IMG/VR virus record: IMGVR_UViG_2029527006_000005
Source: a virus
Lineage: Duplodnaviria; Heunggongvirae; Uroviricota; Caudoviricetes
Direction: 5' to 3' (one strand)
Length of the DNA stretch: 64,000 nt
Made by a program: the position numbers and the translations under genes. Positions 22,584-31,955 of this stretch are shown piece after piece; positions within the stretch are counted from its first letter, which is position 1; the number at the start of each line of letters is the position of its first letter. The notes beneath the pieces are model-generated. The model saw nothing but the letters and a program-made list of their open reading frames with translations, did not search any database and was not told the origin of the DNA.

Positions 22584-22613
22584 AAAAAAAGGAAGTGACC
22601 ATAAGCCACTTCC
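22584..22613 (-). terminator. Intrinsic terminator after neck gene
   Basis: GGAAGTGG...TCACTTCC-T7 on minus strand. Confidence 0.8.
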
Positions 22614-22621
22614 GTATTTGT

Positions 22622-23410
22622 TTATCCAATTATGAAACCTAATGGCATTCCACCATCTTTATAGTTACGCAATTGTTGTTCTAATTTTTCTTGTAATGCA
22701 AAACCTTCTTGACGTAAAGTGTCACCATCCATTGAGAATGTACCTTGTGGTCCGGGTAGTGTTGCAAACTTAGAACGGTTTGTACCCAACATAATCTTAG
22801 CTTCTGCTAAAGTCCAGTCACGAATCCAAGGATAGGACATTTGTTGACGGAATAGCATTTCTTCAGGAACGTTTTGGAACACATGTAGTAGTACTTCTTC
22901 TGTTCCACGAATATCACGGTCAATGATTAGTTTCTTGTTAACGGAGTTCCATTGGAAGATGATTTCACGACCAAATAGACGTGCAACCGTTTCATCAAAC
23001 TGGTGATATAGATCGTATGTTAGTAATCCACCACCTGTTGCACCACGCACAGCACTAAGCAAATAAGTATTACTATATGCTAGTGAGAATGGGTCAACTG
23101 TTGAACCTTCACCACTTACTACACCGTTACCACGGCGATAGATTCTGCGAACAATTTCAACTTCAGTAGGTAGTACATACACTGACTCAGAAGGGTATAA
23201 TTTCATATGTAAAAATGCTTCTTCTTTTGAAGCACTTGACCATGCACGATAGTTTTCTACAGCATTATCAATCGCAATTTCAAGCTGCCCGTCAGTAATT
23301 TCAACGTTTACTGCACCAGCACCTAACATTTGCGTGATTTTATCTTTTAGTTTTTCTCGGTGGTCAAACTGTGGTGATTCTGGATCACCGCCTTGATAAT
23401 CATAAGACAT
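22622..23410 (-). CDS. Neck protein (gp13-like)
   Basis: LGAGAVNVEIT, WIRDWTLAEAKIMLG..RSKF..LPGPQG, C-terminal FIIG; TATAAATA upstream. Confidence 0.88.
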   Translation of the reverse strand: MSYDYQGGDPESPQFDHREKLKDKITQMLGAGAVNVEITDGQLEIAIDNAVENYRAWSSASKEEAFLHMKLYPSESVYVLPTEVEIVRRIYRRGNGVVSGEGSTVDPFSLAYSNTYLLSAVRGATGGGLLTYDLYHQFDETVARLFGREIIFQWNSVNKKLIIDRDIRGTEEVLLHVFQNVPEEMLFRQQMSYPWIRDWTLAEAKIMLGTNRSKFATLPGPQGTFSMDGDTLRQEGFALQEKLEQQLRNYKDGGMPLGFIIG

Positions 23411-23461
23411 AAAGAACCCCTATAATTGTATTATCTACAATATTTATAGGGGTTGAGATCA

Positions 23462-23839
23462 TTACGCTTCAGTACAGTTCTGTAGATGGAAGTCTAGGCG
23501 ATCACCAGCAAAGGGACCAAGTACTAGAACGCTTTCACCATCACCATAACCACTGGCTGGAACCGTTTCTAGACTAACCGCTTGGTATTCGATACTATCT
23601 AGCTCTAGACGCTCATCGGCGTAGAATACGCGAATTACGCCATCATTCTCGGAAACCCATTTCTCATAGGTTTCTTTGAACTGCTTAGTTTCGAATGAAC
23701 CCAAGTTGTTTGCTTTACCGGGTGTATATTGTGCTAGTAGTACTTGAGTACCACGAACAAGTTCTTTTGCAACTACATCTGGGGATGTGCCTTTTAGAAT
23801 TACAATTGCTTGATAAATGCTTGGGTTAGTCTGGTTCAT
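23462..23839 (-). CDS. Peptidyl-tRNA hydrolase 2 (Pth2)-like protein, divergent
   Basis: QAIVI...W...IRVF...VLVLGP...LD pattern matches Pth2 layout; catalytic motifs not evident. Confidence 0.45.
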   Translation of the reverse strand: MNQTNPSIYQAIVILKGTSPDVVAKELVRGTQVLLAQYTPGKANNLGSFETKQFKETYEKWVSENDGVIRVFYADERLELDSIEYQAVSLETVPASGYGDGESVLVLGPFAGDRLDFHLQNCTEA

Positions 23840-23848
23840 TATTACCTC

Positions 23849-24172
23849 TTATTTGGCTACGACAATCTTGTTGTCAGGAACGAAAATCTGTGATTTAGGT
23901 TCAGCGGCAGCTTCTAGTGCAGCAATGTATGCTTGTGCTAGACCAGCTTCAGGAGTACTAATAGAAATAATGTTATATTTCATGAATACTACTTCAGAAT
24001 CTAGATCACTAATACCGCCGAGGTAGTCATTAATCGCTAGATCATGAGTTTCTGGGTCAGTACCTAGAATTGCTGGATTGGTCACGATGATTTGTTCATC
24101 ATTGTGTGCTTGCATAACTGCTAGTACTGGACCCATACCGTTGATGTTTAGTAGTTTAACATTCGTTGTCAT
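23849..24172 (-). CDS. Hypothetical protein (small beta-barrel-like)
   Basis: AAGGA RBS; operon context. Confidence 0.6.
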   Translation of the reverse strand: MTTNVKLLNINGMGPVLAVMQAHNDEQIIVTNPAILGTDPETHDLAINDYLGGISDLDSEVVFMKYNIISISTPEAGLAQAYIAALEAAAEPKSQIFVPDNKIVVAK

Positions 24173-24197
24173 TTTTGTCAATCCTTTGATTTATTTT

Positions 24198-24671
24198 TTA
24201 TTTCAATATGTATAGATGTTTAGATGCATTTGTAATGCGGTGGTCAATGATTTCCGATATCACATCCCAGCACCCGCCGCCTAAGTCTGCCCCAATTTTA
24301 GGGAAGTGGAGATTTGTGCATCTCCCCGTTTCAGCGATAAAATCATTCATGTCTTTGAAGACAGTATCAATCGCATCATAGCTAACGTATTTTTCACCGT
24401 CATAGCCATAAAATTCCTGAGTAATAGCATTCGCGATTAGTAAATTTTGATTAGCTAAGTAGTATACAGTACTTCCAAGTTTTAAACCTTCAGTTTCATG
24501 TACTTTTTTGTATTCTTCATATGCAGCAGGATAACGTTCACGAAGTTCTTTAGCAAACCCGGAACCCATACGACCTTGTGCATTACAACCATGTACTATA
24601 ATATGTAAATGGTCAGAGTTAACTGATAAACTGTACTTATCAAATAAATTACCATACGATGAATGTATCAT
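24198..24671 (-). CDS. Macro domain (ADP-ribose-processing) protein
   Basis: IVHGCNAQGRMGSGFAK, ANAITQ, PKIGADLGGGCW. Confidence 0.88.
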   Translation of the reverse strand: MIHSSYGNLFDKYSLSVNSDHLHIIVHGCNAQGRMGSGFAKELRERYPAAYEEYKKVHETEGLKLGSTVYYLANQNLLIANAITQEFYGYDGEKYVSYDAIDTVFKDMNDFIAETGRCTNLHFPKIGADLGGGCWDVISEIIDHRITNASKHLYILK

Positions 24672-24685
24672 AATATCCTCAGATG

Positions 24686-24715
24686 AAAAAAGGACTCTTG
24701 TTCAGGAGTCCTTTT
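24686..24715 (-). terminator. Intrinsic terminator
   Basis: AGGACTCCTG-AA-CAAGAGTCCT-T-run. Confidence 0.8.
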
Positions 24716-24723
24716 AATTATTA

Positions 24724-24966
24724 TTATTCAGTTCCAAAACGTAAACGTTTTAGTTCTTTGCGATGTTTTCTGGCTGTTGTACTTTTGTGGAGGCGATTAC
24801 TTTTTTCTGTTGATTTTGTTAGATACCAATCATCTTCTGGAACTTCATAGTCACAGAATCCATTCTCGGTAATAGTACCTAAAAATGCCGACTTCCGAGG
24901 AATTGCGGTTACTTTAGGTTGACTCTCAAAGATGCCTTGAGCTAATTTTTCACGAAAACTAAGCAT
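24724..24966 (-). CDS. Hypothetical basic protein
   Basis: GGGAG RBS before MLSFREK. Confidence 0.55.
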   Translation of the reverse strand: MLSFREKLAQGIFESQPKVTAIPRKSAFLGTITENGFCDYEVPEDDWYLTKSTEKSNRLHKSTTARKHRKELKRLRFGTE

Positions 24967-25012
24967 AGTGTTTCTCCCAAATTTTTTAACATGAAGGATT
25001 GTTCCTTCATAA

Positions 25013-25261
25013 TTATTTATTGTTGGTTTTTTGAAGAAAATCAACAACCTCTTGTGGGGAACATACCTTGAAAACTTCTTCTAGTAAAGCATCATACTCC
25101 GCTTTACGTTCACTGTACTTACGTAGTGCAGCCATTCTCTTACGGGTAGCTGTCTCAATACCATCTACATCAAGAGGCTGGAAATCAACCCCTAGACGCT
25201 TTGCTAGTTCTTCTGCACGAGAAGTACATTTAGTATGAAAATCACTGATCGTTTGAGTCAT
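25013..25261 (-). CDS. Hypothetical protein
   Basis: ATG overlapping end of glutaredoxin. Confidence 0.55.
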   Translation of the reverse strand: MTQTISDFHTKCTSRAEELAKRLGVDFQPLDVDGIETATRKRMAALRKYSERKAEYDALLEEVFKVCSPQEVVDFLQKTNNK

Positions 25262-25508
25262 CTTGTTTCTCACTTTTTGCTTTGAGGAATTTAATGAACT
25301 CAGTACATCCACCAACGTACTCATCATCCACAAAAATTTGTGGTACAGTACTAACTGGCTTACCAACAATTTCGATTAGATCGTCTTTTGTCATACCAGT
25401 ACTTTCCATATCGATAAATTCCATATCGAATTTGTTCTGGACGCAAATATCTTTTGCTGTGGTGCAATAAGGGCAACCAACTGAACGACCATAAATTTTT
25501 ACTTTCAT
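25242..25508 (-). CDS. Glutaredoxin (NrdC/NrdH-like)
   Basis: CPYC, TVPQIF, VGG. Confidence 0.95.
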   Translation of the reverse strand: MKVKIYGRSVGCPYCTTAKDICVQNKFDMEFIDMESTGMTKDDLIEIVGKPVSTVPQIFVDDEYVGGCTEFIKFLKAKSEKQDDSNDQ

Positions 25509-25509
25509 C

Positions 25510-25950
25510 TTATCTTCCTTTCTTCTTCTGGAACTGCTTCACAGCTTTTACAATACTGCTACACATTCGCTTGGTCAAATACAATTCACAGTCTTCTACA
25601 TCAATGTATTTGAACTTATCAAGTTCAGGCTTTGTTTGACCGTACTTATTTGTGTAAGTACTAATACATTTTAGTTCTTTCGGTTCTGGCTTATATTTAG
25701 CGGTGTAATAAAATAATATAAGACGTTTTCCTTTTCTATACGATACATCACCAATCAAAAGGAGATCTTTTTCATCAATCTTAAAACTGGTTTCTTCATA
25801 ACACTCCCGAACAGCCGCTTCTGCATAGCTTTCTTCACCTTCAGCTTTTCCTTTAGGTAAATCCCAATGCTCTTGTCCAGTAGTGTGACCTATAAGTATC
25901 TGACCATCACGATAAAAAATTATTCCGCATGTGTATCGCATATTTTTCAT
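25510..25950 (-). CDS. Nudix hydrolase (T4 NudE-like)
   Basis: WDLPKG...E...AAVRECYEET Nudix box. Confidence 0.92.
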   Translation of the reverse strand: MKNMRYTCGIIFYRDGQILIGHTTGQEHWDLPKGKAEGEESYAEAAVRECYEETSFKIDEKDLLLIGDVSYRKGKRLILFYYTAKYKPEPKELKCISTYTNKYGQTKPELDKFKYIDVEDCELYLTKRMCSSIVKAVKQFQKKKGR

Positions 25951-25975
25951 CTCAATTAAATCATCAGATACCTAT

Positions 25976-26004
25976 AGTATATCACATTTTTTTCATTTTG
26001 TCCC
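25976..26004 (-). promoter_or_regulatory. GGGACA-N17-TATACT promoter (copy 3)
   Basis: GGGACA aaatgaaaaaaaTGTGa TATACT. Confidence 0.75.
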
Positions 26005-26008
26005 GATT

Positions 26009-27133
26009 TTATGCGAACATTTTAGCGACTTCAACCGTGCGTAGGTTTGCAACGTAAGAACGGATATTCTTAGGCTCTAGCTCACCATCTTTTACCATCT
26101 GATCAATGTCGCCAATAACAGTACCTTCATACTTGTCATAAACCTTGACGATTAGTTCTTCTAGTTCACCATCAACGGTACGTTGAATGTTGAAGTATTC
26201 TAGTACTTTGTATAGGAACTCTTCACCGCCTTGGTTATGAATGTTCATTCTGGATAGTACATCTACCATTTGCTCAGGAGTCTTCTTCCTGAAGGTTTTG
26301 ATCTCATCACCGAAAGTTTCAATGAATTTGTGGAACTTCACAAAACGTGCAGGTAGTTTAATCTGACCAACAGTGTAGTCTTTCTTTACATCAGCCGTTG
26401 TACGGGATAGTAGGTAAGACCACATGAAATCCGCACTGTACGCCTCTGTGCTCATCGTAGCAAACTTATTGATAGCTTCACCGTCATCTTTATTGAAGCT
26501 CTCTAAGCCCGGTAGAATGCGTTTAATCGCACCCCATCCCTTTAGCTGAAAGATGAATGTACTTGGTAGACGCTCGGATAGTGCTTTCTCAAACTCAACG
26601 TAAACGCGTTCTGGTGTTAGAGAATCAATCTCACCTTTTTTAACCATTTCCATTACCATAGCTTCAGTACTTTCATGTACTGTAAAATCACTATAACGAG
26701 TAGCAAAACGTGCTAGACGTAGTACACGTAGTGGATCTTCAGCAAAGTGTGGGCTGACATGACGTAGTACTTTTGCTTGTAGGTCGGCTTTACCATTATA
26801 CGGGTCAACGTGTTTCTGGAATACCGGATCGTAAGCAATTGCGTTGATGGTTAGATCGCGACGGAATAGGTCTTGCTCTAGAGTAACACCTTCAGTCTCT
26901 ACAGTGAAACCTTTGTATCCAGTTCCAGATTTACGCTCAACACGAGCTAGTGCATACTCATCACCTGCTGGGGATAGGAATACCGGGAAATCTGCTCCTA
27001 CTTGTTGATATCCCTGTGAGATTAGATATTGAATATCACGCTCTTTTGCACCAACAAGTACATAATCTTTGTCTTTAGGTTTTAGGCCAAGTAGTTTGTC
27101 ACGAACGAAGCCACCTACGATATATTTTTTCAT
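26009..27133 (-). CDS. cca: tRNA nucleotidyltransferase (CCA-adding enzyme, class II)
   Basis: VGGFVRD, DKDY, EYALARVERKSG, DLFRRDLTINA, EDPLRVLRLARF. Confidence 0.95.
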   Translation of the reverse strand: MKKYIVGGFVRDKLLGLKPKDKDYVLVGAKERDIQYLISQGYQQVGADFPVFLSPAGDEYALARVERKSGTGYKGFTVETEGVTLEQDLFRRDLTINAIAYDPVFQKHVDPYNGKADLQAKVLRHVSPHFAEDPLRVLRLARFATRYSDFTVHESTEAMVMEMVKKGEIDSLTPERVYVEFEKALSERLPSTFIFQLKGWGAIKRILPGLESFNKDDGEAINKFATMSTEAYSADFMWSYLLSRTTADVKKDYTVGQIKLPARFVKFHKFIETFGDEIKTFRKKTPEQMVDVLSRMNIHNQGGEEFLYKVLEYFNIQRTVDGELEELIVKVYDKYEGTVIGDIDQMVKDGELEPKNIRSYVANLRTVEVAKMFA

Positions 27134-27360
27134 TTATCACCCCTATTCCAGAATTTGTCCCATAGCGATTGTTCTTTCTTTTCGGCTTCTTCTTTTCTGC
27201 GTTTTCCACCATTGTATGCATCAGCGATATCAGATGGTAATAACCCAGCAGGTTTCTCATCAAAATTACGCCAACCATATTTGTCTTTCGGTGGGTAATA
27301 GTCATCATATGGTGTACCATCACCGCCTAAGCCCCAATCTTCTTCTAGTACTGCAATCAT
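27130..27360 (-). CDS. Hypothetical protein
   Basis: GGAG RBS; overlaps cca start. Confidence 0.55.
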   Translation of the reverse strand: MIAVLEEDWGLGGDGTPYDDYYPPKDKYGWRNFDEKPAGLLPSDIADAYNGGKRRKEEAEKKEQSLWDKFWNRGDK

Positions 27361-27361
27361 A

Positions 27362-27787
27362 TTAGCTACTCCATAAGAAACCATCACAGGCTTCGATAAT
27401 TTCTTTCACAAGTTGATAGTTTGAGTATTCTACACTAAGAAGGTTTTCAACGCAAGACTCTTGGAAGAATTCTTCCTCTGATTCAATATCTGAACGGATC
27501 GCTGCCTCGTTTTTCGATTCACAGGTTTTCGCGAAATGGTTAATTCCAAAGAAGTGTACAAATATAAATTTATTACTATAGATATAAAATGCCAGCCCAT
27601 TCGGGTCTTTAGCGTAATCCACTTCATCTTCTACTAATGCAATATTAATAGTAATTCTGTGTGACATGGTATTGATGTAAAATTCAGTCAATTCATCAAC
27701 TCTAATCCACTCATCTGGATCGTAGTCCAATCCAACTTTCTTAATATAGTTCAGTACTGAACGTAAATTCTCATTATTGATTAGCAT
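27362..27787 (-). CDS. Hypothetical protein, FFQ-motif family
   Basis: SEEEFFQESCV. Confidence 0.65.
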   Translation of the reverse strand: MLINNENLRSVLNYIKKVGLDYDPDEWIRVDELTEFYINTMSHRITINIALVEDEVDYAKDPNGLAFYIYSNKFIFVHFFGINHFAKTCESKNEAAIRSDIESEEEFFQESCVENLLSVEYSNYQLVKEIIEACDGFLWSS

Positions 27788-27837
27788 CAGTTCTCCAATA
27801 AAAAAAGGACACTCACTTGAATGTCCTTTATTCTACT

Positions 27838-28158
27838 TTACTCTTCCGTATCTGTCAAGTCAATTTTTTCATGACGTTTGGAAAGTTCTTTTCCTTTCTG
27901 ACGTGCTAACATGGTTTCCACATTTTCAAATGCAATGGTAATACAATCATACATGTCATGACCTTGTGTACCACCTGTAATGCTTTTACCAACAACAATA
28001 ACATCAACGTCGAATTCATCATGTTTGATTACTTTTAGATTGACTTTAAGATTAAGGTCGTTCTTAGTGTTGAATTTATCCAATTTTGCCGCACAGTGCT
28101 CAACATGCTCACGTAGTGCTTCGGTTACTTCAGTATTGATACCTTGAATATTAATCAT
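27838..28158 (-). CDS. hpf: Ribosome hibernation factor (HPF/RaiA, S30AE family)
   Basis: MINIQGINTEVTEALREHV...KLDKF...DMYDCI...L.RQKGK matches short HPF. Confidence 0.85.
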   Translation of the reverse strand: MINIQGINTEVTEALREHVEHCAAKLDKFNTKNDLNLKVNLKVIKHDEFDVDVIVVGKSITGGTQGHDMYDCITIAFENVETMLARQKGKELSKRHEKIDLTDTEE

Positions 28159-28168
28159 ACACAACTCC

Positions 28169-29092
28169 TTATAGGGAACTAAGAAGGATTTCAGCACGGT
28201 TTCCAACTTGTTTGAACCATAGTGAACCTTCTATTTCTTTTTTGAACTTACGAGGGTTTTCGTTCTTTACACTATTCCACAATTTCGTGAATTTGTCAAG
28301 TTTATCGACACCCATAGTGAAAGCCATCTCGTATAAAATACGCTGTTGCTCTTTTGTGAGATTTACAGCATTTTTCCGTTGCAATAGTAAAGTGAAGTCA
28401 TTGTAAGTACGGGTCATATCTTTCTTTAGTAGCTGTTTAGCTTCATAATCAGAAATACCTTTTTTGTACTTTATTGCGTCGGAATCCTTTTTACCTAAGT
28501 AATGTCCATATCCGATGGTATAGTTGCCTTTAACATCTTTATAAGGATAGAACTTAGAATTTTTGTATGACGGACCAACTGTACCGCCAAGTAATTTGCG
28601 TTTTATCACAGCTTGAGATTCTTTCGAACCTTCAGCTTGTTTGATATAATCTACTACTTCTTTATCAAGATGATCGAAGTGAATAGTTACATCAGGTAGA
28701 ATAACAGACTTCAAATCATTCTCATTAGGTAAATGTACTGGTTTACTAACATGTAGTACTTTGATTCCCGAATTAACACGTTTAAACACGTCAATGTACG
28801 GGTACATTTCAACATTCTCTGGCTTAAACTTTTGAGCGATTACCCAAAACGTATCCTTTGACTGTACAATATACTGTTTTCTGCTTTCCGTCTTATACAC
28901 AGTTGCTTTTTGAATCGGCAATGTGGTAACGGGCGGTTGCTTTTGAATTTGAATAACTTGTGGTTTTATTTGTACACCTGAATTTGATGACGGTGTACTA
29001 TCATTGTGTTTATAACCAATATATCCAATAGCTCCAGCCACTAACAGAAAACTTATTAAAACATAAGTTTTGAGTTGTTGGAACGCTCTCAC
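28169..29092 (-). CDS. Membrane-anchored LysM + T4-type lysozyme
   Basis: N-terminal TM; YIVQSKDTFWVIA LysM; EG..., YKDVKGNYTIGYGH, SLWFKQVGNRA. Confidence 0.85.
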   Translation of the reverse strand: MRAFQQLKTYVLISFLLVAGAIGYIGYKHNDSTPSSNSGVQIKPQVIQIQKQPPVTTLPIQKATVYKTESRKQYIVQSKDTFWVIAQKFKPENVEMYPYIDVFKRVNSGIKVLHVSKPVHLPNENDLKSVILPDVTIHFDHLDKEVVDYIKQAEGSKESQAVIKRKLLGGTVGPSYKNSKFYPYKDVKGNYTIGYGHYLGKKDSDAIKYKKGISDYEAKQLLKKDMTRTYNDFTLLLQRKNAVNLTKEQQRILYEMAFTMGVDKLDKFTKLWNSVKNENPRKFKKEIEGSLWFKQVGNRAEILLSSL

Positions 29093-29189
29093 TGGTTTCT
29101 CCTATGTTATGGAAACTCCGCACATCTGGACTCAGTTGAGGCCATGTTTGCACAAAGCCTCGTTGGACTTCCTACAATAGTCTATTTGA

Positions 29190-29771
29190 CTACTTCGAAA
29201 CATTGTTTAATGAATCTATGTGAATCGCTTTAAGAAGCTCATCACTCGATGTAAGAATTATAGCACCAATCTCTTCATCAGTGCAAGTACTAATTCCTGC
29301 ATCCATGAACCGTTCGATGTTTTGTTGAACAAAAAACGGGACATTCTTTTCTAAGTGCTCGGTAAATCGAGAATCACTCAGTAAAATTGTGTGCATTTTT
29401 GGTAACACAGTTTTAAAACCACGTCGCACACATGTATGTATGATACTCTCTAATTGTGCAAGATCCATATAGGTTGCTAGAGATAATGATTGAAATGCCA
29501 TGTCAAATGGTGACATTGGGGGAGGCATTTCTCGACAAATTACTTCAATAACACCAACAGTCAAATCGTTAACATCAAACTCAGGTCTTGAAACGGTTCG
29601 TAGTGATTCTAGTACCATATAAGATATAGAGGATAATGCAGTCTCATATGAGGGAAACGACATGTCCGGTAGTGTTTTGTCATGTACTGAAAAAATAGGA
29701 TAGCCACTAGAAGAAGAAATACCTTCTATTGGCATACCCTTGTACATAACACAATAACGATATTTAGTCAT
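29190..29771 (-). CDS. Hypothetical protein
   Basis: Long ORF in operon. Confidence 0.6.
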   Translation of the reverse strand: MTKYRYCVMYKGMPIEGISSSSGYPIFSVHDKTLPDMSFPSYETALSSISYMVLESLRTVSRPEFDVNDLTVGVIEVICREMPPPMSPFDMAFQSLSLATYMDLAQLESIIHTCVRRGFKTVLPKMHTILLSDSRFTEHLEKNVPFFVQQNIERFMDAGISTCTDEEIGAIILTSSDELLKAIHIDSLNNVSK

Positions 29772-30180
29772 AGTGTGTTCTTCCAATTGTGAAGTGGAAA
29801 GTATATTTAGATTGTAATCCTAGCTCTGCTCGTATCTTCCGAAAGAACGGGACTTCAAAATCTATAAAACAGTACAATCCAGCTTTCTTTGGATCTTTCT
29901 TCACATGAATGTACGGATAGTATCGTATCTTAACAACTTTACCATCATACTTTTTCCACACATCAGCGTTTGGTGGTTTTTCACCACGAACAATACTAAC
30001 ATGTGCTCCCCAAGAAGGGTCAGCTAAAGGAATGTGTAAATCAGTTCTAACAAAGTACTGGTAGTACTTAACTAACTCTTGGGGCAATTCTAGAATACAC
30101 CAGAAATCCGTGTTCTTTTTCATACCAGAACGTGGAGGGTCGTATCTAATCACCCCTTCGATTTCAATGTATTCTTGCAT
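29764..30180 (-). CDS. 2H phosphoesterase
   Basis: Two HxS/T motifs: AHVSIV and FHFTIG. Confidence 0.75.
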   Translation of the reverse strand: MQEYIEIEGVIRYDPPRSGMKKNTDFWCILELPQELVKYYQYFVRTDLHIPLADPSWGAHVSIVRGEKPPNADVWKKYDGKVVKIRYYPYIHVKKDPKKAGLYCFIDFEVPFFRKIRAELGLQSKYTFHFTIGRTHYD

Positions 30181-30181
30181 T

Positions 30182-30322
30182 TTATAATCCGAATATCTGA
30201 AGTAGGGAATATAAGAATAGCACAGTTACCGCACCTAATGCAACTGTTAAGATTGGATTCATTTTCAACGACACTTGAAAGTTCAAGTAAGAAGCGAAAA
30301 GAAAATTACGAACATGTTTCAT
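30182..30322 (-). CDS. Small membrane protein (46 aa, not in ORF track)
   Basis: MKHVRNFLFASYLNFQVSLKMNPILTVALGAVTVLFLYSLLQIFGL; AAGGA RBS; stop abuts next ATG. Confidence 0.6.
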   Translation of the reverse strand: MKHVRNFLFASYLNFQVSLKMNPILTVALGAVTVLFLYSLLQIFGL

Positions 30323-30338
30323 ATTTAGTCCTTGAATG

Positions 30339-30363
30339 AAAAAGCCCCAATTTTCATGGGGCT
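30339..30363 (-). terminator. Intrinsic terminator after DUF2828 gene
   Basis: AGCCCCA...TGGGGCT-T-run. Confidence 0.8.
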
Positions 30364-30370
30364 ATGTTAC

Positions 30371-31894
30371 TTATCCGATGACCTTGTAGCGTGGTACATC
30401 AATCGCTGCAAGCATAATAGATACTGGATCTACTTGCTCACCTGATAGGATGGCTTTTAGAATTGCTGGACTAAAACCAGAAACCATTGCAGTTCCAGTT
30501 TCATCGAAGGTAACAGGGTTGTTACCAACACGACCATTTAGGTTCCAGAATACTACGTTAGGTAGTTTGTAACCAGCAGAAGCAAAAGCAGCTTTCGCAT
30601 ACTCATGGGCTGTTACATCCCAATTCCCTTCGTTTCCACCACCGTAAGTACAGTTGAATTCCATATCACTATAGATAATCATGTACTCAGGCATATCTTC
30701 TTGTGGTACATTTTGCTTCACAGCAACTTCTAGTACCTTTTCAAATGCCTTACCAATGTCAGTACTGCCACCCCAATATTCGTAACCTTCGTAATGACGT
30801 AGATCATAATACTTCTGATAAATGTCTTTACCTTCGAGTACAAATAGTTGTGGTTCTTCACTGAAGGTCAAGAATACATCCTTGAATGCACCCTTTTGCT
30901 TATCAGCAGTATAAAGAGATAGAGACATAGCTACATCTAAGCAGCTTAGTGATCCGGTTCCACCAGCAGAACAGCCCATAGAACCACTAGTATCACACAT
31001 TGGTAGAATACTAGCACCGTTTAGGAAATCTGGTAGTGCATCCCACTGGCCGATTAGTACATTGTCACGATTGCAATTGTTGAACTTAGTAGTAATGTCG
31101 TAAGGGAACAATGCTCCCGCATTTACCTTGACTTCACCACTTGCAACTTTCTCTCCGAACGCAGTGAAACGTTCTTCATCGTTACGCATAAATGCAGCAC
31201 GATAACGGTTCATTGCTACTGATGGTACATGTGAGTACTCAATTGATGACCAATCACGTGCACACATGTTCTGCTCTACGGTAGAACTTAGTGAGGAAAG
31301 TAGCTTGCGGTACTGTTTCTCGTTCAAGTTCATTACTTGCATTAGTTCACGTGCAATTGTATTGTTTGCAATACGGTTCTGGTTCGCTACTGTATCCTTA
31401 GATACATTACCGTTTTTGTCTTTCTTTAGCTTATAGATGCGTGGCATCCATTTAGCACAAAGAGCATTACCAGCACGAAGATGTGCTTCGATGGTACGAT
31501 ACGCATCTAGTTTTACCTGTGGGTTGGTAAAGATTAGTAGATCATCCCAACGACCATACTCTGCGAGTACTGGAATGATTTCAGAAAGATCATCTTGATG
31601 ATTTTCTTCCAAGAAACGAAGAATCTGACGAGTCGTTTCACGCTCACCTGCACCACCACGTACATCACGAACCCATAGGGTCATTTGTAGGGTTAGTTTA
31701 CGGTTAGCGGCATACGCCTTTTCAAACGCAGTTTGGAATGTGGAGAAATCCTTACCACGTACTGCACCAAGGATCGCGAAGAGATCAACCAATGGGTTCA
31801 ATGAACTCGCATGGGATACTGCACCGTTAGCGGTTACGCCTACGTTATCTTCAGCTTTGGTGTTTACATTTTGGACTGCATCTTTGAATGACAT
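30371..31894 (-). CDS. DUF2828 / Ro60-TROVE-like protein with vWA domain
   Basis: TANGA, RDVRGGAGER, YGRWDDL, AKWMPR, YSHVPSVA, DTSGSM, SDMEF, FWNL, VSGFS. Confidence 0.88.
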   Translation of the reverse strand: MSFKDAVQNVNTKAEDNVGVTANGAVSHASSLNPLVDLFAILGAVRGKDFSTFQTAFEKAYAANRKLTLQMTLWVRDVRGGAGERETTRQILRFLEENHQDDLSEIIPVLAEYGRWDDLLIFTNPQVKLDAYRTIEAHLRAGNALCAKWMPRIYKLKKDKNGNVSKDTVANQNRIANNTIARELMQVMNLNEKQYRKLLSSLSSTVEQNMCARDWSSIEYSHVPSVAMNRYRAAFMRNDEERFTAFGEKVASGEVKVNAGALFPYDITTKFNNCNRDNVLIGQWDALPDFLNGASILPMCDTSGSMGCSAGGTGSLSCLDVAMSLSLYTADKQKGAFKDVFLTFSEEPQLFVLEGKDIYQKYYDLRHYEGYEYWGGSTDIGKAFEKVLEVAVKQNVPQEDMPEYMIIYSDMEFNCTYGGGNEGNWDVTAHEYAKAAFASAGYKLPNVVFWNLNGRVGNNPVTFDETGTAMVSGFSPAILKAILSGEQVDPVSIMLAAIDVPRYKVIG

Positions 31895-31955
31895 ATATTC
31901 TTCCTCTCAGAAATGGATAATTTGTTTGAGTGTTGACTCATTTCTTAATAACTTA

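Noticed and set aside
29101-29182. c-di-GMP-I riboswitch (GCAAAC and GCACAAAGCCTC-like words)
   Set aside because: The words lie on opposite strands, and the GNRA loop/receptor architecture is missing.
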